From NCBI GenBank assembly GCA_013265495.1, contig MU058059.1:1537564-1557563 (forward strand): a stretch of DNA of 20,000 nt. The letters are read 5' to 3'. This DNA is from Vicugna vicugna (taxonomy: Eukaryota). Numbering within the stretch: position 1 is the stretch's first letter; each line of letters opens with the position of its first letter. Under the pieces are notes generated by a model, which worked only from the letters and a program-made list of their open reading frames with translations, was not told the DNA's origin and did no database searches. Shown here piece by piece: positions 10,695 through 20,000 of this stretch. The translations under genes and the position numbers were made by a program.

Positions 10695-11093
10695 CACATG
10701 TGCTGAATTGTGTCCCCAGGGATTCCTATGTTGAAGTCCTAGCCCAGTATCCCAGAATGTGACTGCATTTAGAGATGGGGCCTTTAAAGAGATAATTAAA
10801 GCAGAATGAGTTCATACAGTGGACCCTAGTCCAGTATGACCAATACCCTTGAAAGAAGAGGTCAGGAAACATCACACAGACCAACTGGTGACCACGTGAG
10901 GACAGAGAGAAGGTGGCCATTTGCCAGCCTCGGGAGAAACCTACCGTGTGACATCTTCTCTCCCTGTTTCGTGCTCCCTGGGTTACGTTATCGGATGGAA
11001 TTCCAGCCGCCAGATCTGTGGAGAAAAGAAATTCGTTATTTTAGCCACCCAGTCAGTGGTATTTTGTTACAGCAACTCTGGTAAACTAATACA
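10695..11093 (+). mobile_element. MLT1A/MLT1B-type MaLR solo LTR, near full length
   Basis: Starts 'gctgaattgtgtcccc…atgttgaagtcctagcccagtatcccagaatgtgactgcatttagagatggggcctttaaagagataattaa' and ends 'agccacccagtcagtggtattttgttacagcaactctggtaaactaataca'. Confidence 0.9.
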
Positions 11094-11265
11094 GTGCAAG
11101 TCCTTAAAGTAGCAATCCCACTGCATGTGACCGATAAACTCTTTTCCTAGGGCCCACCTTCAGAGCTGGGCCTGCAAGACTGCCCCCAGGCGGTGTTACG
11201 GAAACCCCCCGAGAAGTTCAGGAGGGAAATAAACATTCACAAAATGCCTATTTTCTGCTGGATGC

Positions 11266-11441
11266 TAATAAGAGTTAACATTTATTGGGAACTTATGTGT
11301 TCAGCTAAGCACCTTACAGAGATTATTTCATTAAATCCTCCACTGAAACCTGCAAGGAAAGTGATCTGCTAAAGTCCCACAGCTTAGAAAGTCGTGGAGC
11401 CAGATTTGAAGGCAGGCAGTCTGAGGGCACAGCCCCTGCGC
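11266..11441 (-). mobile_element. MIR SINE, internally deleted
   Basis: 'taacatttattgggaacttatgtgt…ctaagcacctta…tttcattaaatcctc…gatctgctaaagtcccacagct…ggagccagatttgaaggcaggcagtctga'. Confidence 0.75.
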
Positions 11442-12344
11442 AGTGATGCCCCTCCCACCTCCGCTCTCCCTGGGAGGCTCTCGGGTTGCCATGTGTGCCC
11501 CCTCCTCTGCTGTGGACTGTGTCCTCCCACTGCGCATCCTTACACTAGCCGCCTGCCTTGCTGTCTGCCCTGCTCCTTCTTTCACAAAGATGCTCCTTCA
11601 CCCGCTGAGTAGGGGGCAAAGGGCTTTGCTGTTTTAGAAAAGATGCGTCTTGCATTCAAACTGTTGTCTCCTTGGCAGGACACATCCTTTCCATCATTTG
11701 AAATCCTTGAACTCTTTCCTCTCCAGCTACGTATGGGTTATCGTTACTCAACATTTACAACTTTTGGAAGTATGATAACCATCTCAGAAACCTCACTACC
11801 CATCAGCTCCCCGGAGCTGCTCACAGCATTTCCAATTTTCGTACATGTAAATAGAATCCTCCCTCCCATTTTTTTTTCAAACAAGTGGATTTATGCTTCC
11901 GGAGTTACATTATCGGATATGCTTCCAATTCTTCCAGAAATAATGATACTGTAATGCACGGTCCACTCCTCAGTCTCAGAGCTGCCTCACGGGATTTTTC
12001 AAAGTGGATGAAAACATCAAATAGCTCAATCTAGTTTACTTTCATGTCTGGAGAAAATGAAAATGACTCAATTTTGTTTTACTATAGGCTCTGCTTTTAA
12101 AAATACCATTAAGTACTTATCCTATCTTTTCTACAGACCGGGAATATGTCTCAGAAAGGCCGTGAACCATATTTCTGAGGAATTTTTTGTCAGTGGAATA
12201 ATACACGGCTGCCAAAGCATGCTAATAAATTGGATTCTGTCCCAATTTTAAGTCCTCGCATCACTACTGTTTTGGCAGATATATTCAGACATACCTTGAA
12301 CAACATTTCCTCATAAATAGCATCCTACCTCTGGTATAAGAGGC

Positions 12345-12480
12345 AGCACAGGGAAATAGAAGATCTTGGTTTCTGAACAGCCTGGGGCAAGTCATTTAAA
12401 TTCTCTGACCTTCAATTTATCCTATCAAATTAGAAAATGAGAACTAAAAGATTTAAAGGCTCTGCTAACTCTAAAGTTGT
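12345..12480 (+). mobile_element. MIR/MIR3 fragment
   Basis: 'cctggggcaagtcatttaaattctctgaccttcaatttatcct…taaaggctctgctaactctaaa'. Confidence 0.55.
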
Positions 12481-13032
12481 TCAGCATGACCAAAACTATG
12501 TTTTTAAAAGAAACACTAAATTATATGCATTAAATACAATGCATCTGTCCACCCCTCCATCCCCAGGCCCATGACTCCTCAGCCCACTTGAGAATGGACG
12601 GTCCCTTAGAAAGAAAGTAAAATCACAACTCAGCTGAAGTTTAAATCTGAGTTACTAGCGAAATGGCCACCATTTCTGTCATGAGGCAGAATGATGTCTG
12701 GAACAGTAGGTTAAGTCTCATGATTAGAAAAATAATGAAAGTTGTACATGTGGACATACCTGCAGATGTGGGATGTAGACACTGCACACAAGGTACAAAT
12801 GTATGTTGTCTGCACAGCTCTGGAGACAAATTCTAGAACTTGAGTGGCTATCTTAAGGACAGATTTTTATCCAATGGTGACAACAACCATGACGTAAGGA
12901 ACATGCTTTTGTGAGAGTCTTTTGGAGTTTTAACCATTAGATGTACATCTCTCTCATCATAAATTAACAAACCATAGTTTTTAGATTTTGATTGTACTAG
13001 TTTGCCAGGGCTAAGTGAAATAAACAAGTTAT

Positions 13033-13314
13033 AAAGGGACAAATATTACACAATTCTATTTAGTATGTCTCTGCCTGAAGTAGAGACATAAGGTAGGGTG
13101 GTGGTGGCCAGGGGCTGGGGAGAGTGGGGAAAGTTAGTGTTTAATGGGAACAGAGTTTCAATTTGGGGAGATGAGAAAGTTCTGGAGCTGGATGGTGGTG
13201 ATGGTTGCACAATGATGTGAATGTACTTAATGCCACCGAACTGTACACTGTAAACTTAAAAATCATCAAAATGGTAAATTTAATGTTACATATAGTTACC
13301 ACAATAAAAAAAAA
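13033..13314 (+). mobile_element. L1MB-type 3'UTR with poly(A)
   Basis: 'gtggtggccaggggctgggg…ttagtgtttaatgggaacagagtttcaatttggggagatgagaaagttctggagctggatggtggtgatggttgcacaa…taccacaataaaaaaaaa'. Confidence 0.9.
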
Positions 13315-13984
13315 GGACTTGGCATAGAGAGGTTCAGCAAATCTTTACACAGTTATAAATTCTAGAGACAAATTTAGAAGTCATTTTCTTTGAGGGGGTG
13401 GTTTTGAGCCTGATCACAAGGAAAATTTGTATTTTGAAAATTCCACTTTCGAACATCTGTGAGCAGTGGAACGGTGAGGTTCTCCTCCAAATATTGGTCA
13501 GAACCAAAGGGCAATCTCTCAGCCACCCAACAATGCAGGGAAAGCAATGGGCCTGAGTCTACATGCTGTTATAAACTCATTTGGAAGGTATCACCTTCAC
13601 AACGTGACCACATCGCACTTAATTATGAGCACAGCACACGATCAGGAAAGCAGAGGCTGACTGGGGAATATCTAACTCGGCGGTTTTGTCTTTTTGGAAG
13701 CAAGGACATCCACAAACTTAAGAATGTTTTGAAAACTACTAGTTATTTCCTCAAACAAATGCTTATCTGCATACACACAGCACAAGCTGCATCTGATGTT
13801 ATGAGGGTCACAGAGCCCAGTGGCTCCCCACCTGCCTGGGTCCTCTGAAGGCCTATGTACCCCACTGTAAGAACCTTTGGTCTTATGATCTTGCAGATGA
13901 AGGGACATTTTAAACAAAATATCAGACTACAAAATGAAATATTTTTTTAAAAAAGCTGAAGTCCAACATACAGAAAGGCTGCGT

Positions 13985-14135
13985 TATGTTAGAGCACCAG
14001 ATTTAGAGGAAAGAAACAGGTTTAAAATGAGGCTCAGCATTATGGCCCTTATGCTGACCACGTAGCCCTAGTTTTATGCCTAAAGGAAATCACGTGTGTG
14101 AAAAGGTTTTATGAACTGTAAAGCGTAATACAATC
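13985..14135 (+). mobile_element. Degraded MIR fragment
   Basis: 'agagcaccagatttagag…caggtttaaa…ggctc' at the 5' end and 'tgtgaaaaggttttatgaactgtaaagcgtaataca' at the 3' end. Confidence 0.4.
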
Positions 14136-14414
14136 TTGGCACCGTACTTAACTGTGTTCTAGCTTCATTACCAAAAAGAAACATAAGCATGTGCTACTTC
14201 TGAGAAGCACAGGGATAAACTAGCTGTCCAAGGTGAGTGAAAAATTCAGTCCATGTATTGTACATTTCAAATATATATATTTTTTCTGAATTAGGTACAT
14301 ATTTGATATGAAATAAGTGTTTTGGATTTGAATTCAATAGGCAATTGAACTACCTTTCCACTTTACTTTGTATCTATTATTTCAGTGTCAATCCCACATA
14401 TTAGAAATATTTTT

Positions 14415-14985
14415 CCTAGAGGTTATCATCCTAAGTGAAGTAAGTCAGACAAAGACATATCATACGATATCACCTATATGTGGAATCAAAAAAAAAAAGA
14501 CACAAATGACCTTATTTACAAAACAGAAACAGACTCTCAGACATAGAAAACAAACTTACAGTTACCAAAGAGGAAAGGGGGGAAGGATAAATTGGGTGTT
14601 TGGGATTAACAGATACTAACTACTGTATACAAAATAGATAAACAACAAGGCCCCACTGTATAGCACAGGGAACTACACTCAATATCTTATAATAACTTAT
14701 AATGAAAAAGAATATGAAAAAGAATATATATGTATGTATAACTGAATCACTATGCTGCACATCTGAAACTAACACAACATTGTAAATCAACTATACTTCA
14801 ATAAAAAAATAAAATAAAACAGATAAACAACAAGGCCCCACTGTATAGCACAGGGAACTACATTCAATATATTATAATAACTTATAATGAAAAAGAATAT
14901 ATATGTATGTATAACTGAATCACTATGCTGCACATCTGAAACTAACACAACATTGTAAATCAACTAGACTTCAATTAAAAAGAAA
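14415..14985 (+). mobile_element. 5'-truncated artiodactyl L1 3' end with tandemly duplicated terminal ~170-185 bp
   Basis: 'cctagaggttatcatcctaagtgaagtaagtcagac…gggattaacagatac…gtatagcacagggaact…aatcaactatacttcaataaaaaa'. Segment 14631-14815 is repeated at 14816-14985. Confidence 0.95.
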
Positions 14986-15734
14986 AGATACCTAGCCAAG
15001 CAGTTTCCTTTTTATGAGGCGGCGGTTTGATTTCTCATCCGTCTGCTCAGTTAGACTGTAAATTCCGCAGAGGCTGAGCCCACATTGGTTTCCCCTTCCC
15101 CGCTGTAGCCAGACAGCTCACACAGTAACTGGAAAAGATACTCAGTAAGGATAGGGGGAATAAATTACCTGCTGGAGCCATGCAGAGGATGCTCTGAAAA
15201 ACACGCATTTGTCCAAATCTTTGACAGAATGACACTTTAACCATCTGGAATGTACACCTTGTTCTCTAAATCTCACGAACTCCCCCCGTCCCTGTGCAGA
15301 TTTTTCTGACTGTTCTCTCTTAACTGTCAGTGAGTATTACCTTGTATCTTCTCTAACTGTTCTATTTAAAGATGGCTATTTCTTCTTGCCTTCTGTAGAG
15401 ATGGCTGACCACCACTCATAACCCTTTCACACAGTTCTCTGTGTACTTGAAAACACTGAGGTCATCCCTGCCAACTCTTCCTTGCACCAGATAATTCAAA
15501 CTCTTAATGCTATTTTTTTCACAAACCTAATTTTTCATTACTTTATAATTTTGACTGTTATTTTTTCTCTGGTTTCAGCCAAATTTCTTCATGTTATTCA
15601 TTCTATGTAATTAATTACATCATTCTCCGTGAATTAACCTTTGCTCTGCATTTCTTCTGGAAAACATACTAGCAGGTGCTCACAGCACATGGATGGCTGG
15701 GGCCTAGCTCTTAGAGTATTCACAAGAAAAACTG

Positions 15735-15910
15735 AGATTAAGTTTAAGGCCTGGCTCGGACACTGCCGTCCGTGGGAACTTAAGCGCGTGACTTAATTTT
15801 GTGCAGCAGTCATAGCACTGACCTTGGCCGGCTGTTAGGGGGTGAATGAGTTAAGGTGTTTAGAACAGTGGCTGAAACAAAGTATGCATCCGTAAGTATT
15901 AGTGATTATT
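15735..15910 (+). mobile_element. MIR SINE fragment
   Basis: 'cctggctcggacact…gtgacttaa…gctgttagggggtgaatgagttaa…tttagaacagtggctgaaacaaagtatgcatccgtaagtattagtgattatt'. Confidence 0.6.
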
Positions 15911-16079
15911 TCTGTTCTTGTGGTCCTTATTAGTGTTACCTTTCAGTCATAACCCACTCAAAAGAAATGTAAGGTGTGTTAGGTCACAGGGAGCCTGCAG
16001 TAGGGGAGAGAGAAAAGAGGTTGTAGATTCAAGGTGAGTGGAGACCTTGAAGATTCTTGCCCACTTCATTAACTGAGCC

Positions 16080-16148
16080 TGGATTCTTATCACCAAGTCT
16101 AGCATGGTGCCTGGTTTGTGTTAGGTGTTCAGTAAGTACTCTTTGGAC
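16080..16148 (+). mobile_element. L2 3'-end fragment
   Basis: 'gtctagcatggtgcctggtttgtgttaggtgttcagtaagtact' matches the L2 terminus 'cctagcacagtgcctggcacatagtaggtgctcaataaatatt'. Confidence 0.5.
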
Positions 16149-17369
16149 GATTTACCCTCACCATTTACATAATGTCTCTCTCAGCAATCAACTTGTTTTC
16201 TAATGCAAGTTTTCTCACTTGCCAGCCATGTGATTAAGGGAAATGTTATGGACACATCTTAGTTTCTGAGTCATCATATATCAATTGATTATGATTATAG
16301 ACTCAGATTGAAATGAAAATTAAGCAAGATAATGTTCTTGGTATTTCATATGTGTTCAGGAATGTGCTCTTATATTATTGTTACACAATGCACAGCAGAG
16401 ACAGAGTGATGTCCCCAGGAAGTGAACTTACACAGCCTGAGAAGTTCTCTCTCCAAAGGTTTCAGTAAAGAATGTTTTACATATTCCCCACTGATCCTAG
16501 TGTCTAACAGATACTAGTAGGAGCCACTGTGGATTTCCAACTATGGAGAAATGGGATTTTTTTCTTTCCTTATTTTTAGCAAGCAACTTTTTTTTTTTCA
16601 TCTGTTAAATGACCACAGAACAAACTAAATGTCTCTCTGGAATGGACTTCCTTGGCGAACTCTTCCCCCAGGACAGCATTTTTATAAGCAGTTTTCGGAA
16701 ACTCTAGAATTGTTGCTAGAAGAATCGTATATACCTCCCAGCCCAGGGTCTGTCTGCAGATGCTGCAGGTGACAAGGCCTTGTATCAATGACAAATATCT
16801 CCACATGTGCTCAGAATGCAGCATTCCAAACTTAAATGTTCAGAAGCTGTATCACACCAGATTGATGATGACTCAAAGTGCCCAAAGCAGCACAAAGACC
16901 CTAAACTGATCACGAAGCAGCTGCACAAACACGACGGCAAGACTTTGTCATGTCACTTGGCCATCCTCACACGCTCTGCTTCCGTGAAGTGGCAGGGCCC
17001 TATGGCTGAGATCCAACAGCTCACCACCCAGCCTGGGATCGAGGAGAGCATGGACCGCCTCCTCCCTCGCTCTGGTCTCCTGGGGCCGCTCTGATGGTTC
17101 TGCCTGCAAAACAACGATATGTCCTTCACTTACGCCGTTTCTGTCTTCATATGTATAAAAGTCCTGCTTGTTTTCTGCTCAGATTCCTGCTTCCCAGAGA
17201 AAACTATGGTATCAACACAGATGTGAATGTTCACCTGTAACACCAGTGTTGTAACCCAACACCATGTCATAAGCCCCCTTCTGACCAGTCATCTCAGGAA
17301 GGTAAGGATAGTTCAGTTTCAGAAGATGCTTACATACCGGCACATCACCTCAACGGATTGACCTTTTAA

Positions 17370-17790
17370 AAATAATAATCCAGCTGTATATTGAAAAATT
17401 GACCAATATCAGTACCAATTCCTAATAAAGCCATCCATGGAAACGGGAATTTGAGGATGCTGTCTCGCAGTGATGAACAATACGTAGTTGAAATCAGAAG
17501 TGAACACCATACTTGGGGGTAACTGCTAGAAACATTCTCATGAAAATCCAGAATAAAATAAAAGAGCCCACTATCATGATAATTATTTAATATTTTTGGT
17601 AGGTTCTGACAATTACAGGAGGTCATGAAACAAAAGTTTGGTGCACAGGTATAGAAAAGAAAAAGGTAAGATTATTCTACTTTGCGGATGGCATCATTTT
17701 AAGCCTAGAAGCAGCCAAAGAATATTCAACAAAGTCATTAAAAAGTAAATATACTAAAATCAATAGTGTACCTATGTATCAGCCATAACG
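17370..17790 (+). mobile_element. Old L1 ORF2 reverse-transcriptase fragment, highly decayed
   Basis: ~17671-17740 translates to LFYFADGIILSLEAAKEYSTKSL, compared with L1 LSLFADDMIVYLENPKESTKKLL. The upstream part parallels the [20 protein letters not shown] region. Confidence 0.8.
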
Positions 17791-18059
17791 GCTTTTTTTT
17801 TTTAACTGTAATGTAAAAAGTTTCCTTTCATAATGGTAACTTAGACAGTAACTTGGGCCTGAATGGAAAAAAGGCAAAACATGAGATGAGAATAAATGAG
17901 GCATTAGAGAGGGGGTGGGATCTCCGGTCAGATGGCAGCCTGGCCAGCAGAGAAGCCTGGAGCTGGTCCAGGAGGTGGTGGAGCTCCTCTGACGTGCCAG
18001 GCAGGCCTCCCCACAGGGCTCTGGATTCTCTGGTTCCTCCTCCTGCCCCTGGATCCTCA

Positions 18060-18340
18060 GGCATCCTCAGGGCTCCCTCCCCACCTGCTCCCTGCCTTGC
18101 TTCAGAAGCTGCCTTGTAGCTGAGCCTCCCTCTGACCACTCCATTAACGTGGTCCAGCTCCCCTCAGACCTACCCCCTTGCCCTGCTTTCTCTTCCCCAC
18201 TTCACTCATCACCTTCAAACATCCTACATCATCAATTCAGTTACTTGCTGTCTCTTCCTACTAATCTCAGCTCCACGAGGGCAGGGGGTTTTCAGCCCAT
18301 AGTGTTCACTGCTGGATGAACGCATCAATGAATGAATGAA
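18060..18340 (+). mobile_element. L2a 3' end with (ATGA)n tail
   Basis: 'cctccctctgaccactc…ccctgctttctcttc…cactcatcacctt…gctgtctcttcctacta…agctccacgagggcagggg…tgttcactgctg…aatgaatgaatgaa'. Confidence 0.8.
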
Positions 18341-20000
18341 ACAAAATTGGCATAAATGTAAAACAAAGAAAAACACCAGAAAGAAAACATTAAATATGCT
18401 ATGGGAATGACATGAAGAGTGACCATTTTTCTTTCATTTTCGAAACTATCTGTAAGATTGGGTTATTACCTTTAATTATTAAAAATAAATGTGTATTTTA
18501 AAAGGATTCTTCTTCTGCCTAGCTAGTTCATTTCCCAAGTTGTTTACTGGGAAACAGGAATGCACAGGGAGCAGACAGGCGCACCGCAGAGGTTAACGAC
18601 ACAAACAAGCAGGCAATCTGTTTCCATTCGGCCTCCGTTCACTTTCATTGTTTTAAGTCTTGAAATGTTCTTAACTCTGTTATCTGTGTCTTGAGACCAC
18701 ATTTTTATCTTCACCCTTTAATTACCATCTCTTCTTTCACACGGATCAAACTTTTCCTCCAGGTAATCCCAAACTGAAATTAGCTAGTAAGATTAATTGC
18801 ACTTCATCGAAATGTTCTTAAATGTATACCCCTTTCTTTCAAGTGAATTCCTTCTTTTATTATTAATACTCAGTGAATTTTCTGCTTCAGTTTCATCACA
18901 GCTGCTGGATCTATTGTTTTTTTTAAAAGCCTACTCACTCTTAGCACTAACATACATTTTTGGATTGTTATATTTTAAATTGAGTTACTAAAAATTAAAA
19001 TCATTTGTTAGGTGGCTGCTTTAAGAAACATTTAGGATTGAGCTCAGATAAGACAGTTGATGATGGTTACCAGTAACTCTTGAAGAAAAAGGACCTTGAT
19101 TTTTGTACACATAAGGGTCAGTTTGGAAACTAGTTACCTAATTGCTTGGCAGAATTCTTAGTATGTATGGAATATTTTGGAATATTTTAATGTGAGGATC
19201 CTTAGCCTGAGGGATATTTCCATGAAAAGGGCCTTGGGGCTTATTTCCAGCCATTCTCCTTCTTCAGTATACGTGAAGGCATCCCTAAGAAGGGAAATCT
19301 TGGCCCCATTCTGGTTCCCAAGAAAGACCCCAGACAGTTTCATTAAGTTTGGATTACAACCTGGTGATTATGGCCTGGGAATAAAAGTTTATATGATAGC
19401 TTAGTTTAATTTTATTAAAAGGTTTATGGCTTGTCATTTCTACATTTTTCTGGAATTGATCAAGATTTACTACCAGGCCAAGTCCAGGCACTTTTGGAAT
19501 TAGGTGATCTCATAGCCTTCACGAAAGGACTTCTTAACCTTTCAGAAACACCAGACGCTCCCACTCAACCAAAAATTAAATTGGCAGCTGTCTTCCTGCT
19601 CTAAGCACAGTCAAAGTGGCAGAAAGCGCCTGAGGTTGTCAGTTCCCGGACAACTGTTTGTACATTTCTCTTCAGTGACCCACACGAGCCCCATCAAGAT
19701 CACTTTGTGGGGTCCTGACTCCTTCCTCTGTTCTCTTAGCCCCAAAGAGCTCATGATGTAATATCCTGGCAAAGTAAGCTGGCCAGAAGATGTTTGCTTG
19801 GCTGCATCCCATCAGAAAAGCTATCACACGTTTATCCTAAAGCAGTATCTAAAAGTCCAAGACAGAAATGTCAGAGCATATGTTAGGATATTCTGCATGA
19901 TTAGAACTTGATCTCACATCAGTGACCCACAACTAAATTCCATGTCCAGATGATACTTCTTGAGCCTGGTTAGCCCTGTTACAGGCTACAGGTGAGGGAT

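Noticed and set aside
15341..15392. Minus-strand exon-like segment (ctacAG…AAG|GTAATA)
   Set aside because: Stops in all three frames, which shows that such splice-like motifs occur here by chance.
17828..18139. Overlapping GC-rich ORFs on both strands
   Set aside because: Low-complexity Gly/Pro/Ala peptides partly inside the L2 element, with no coding evidence.

Overview
Mammalian genomic DNA rich in repeats. It is most likely camelid (camel, alpaca or llama), judged from a vic-1-like tRNA-derived SINE and artiodactyl-type L1 3' ends. No intact protein-coding gene is recognisable. Most of the window is L1 fragments of several ages, MIR, L2 and MLT1/ERV LTR remnants, plus a 185-N gap flanked by a probable false duplication. 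The standout is a minus-strand intronless copy of the first 75 codons of RNF17 (the RING finger, 5232-5008). It stops matching RNF17 at what I recall as the exon 2 end and runs, in the same frame, into about 1.2-1.5 kb of unrelated, decayed coding-like sequence. This looks like a retrocopy of a chimeric RNF17-fusion transcript. Repeat and gene assignments come from recalled consensus and protein sequences, not from database searches.
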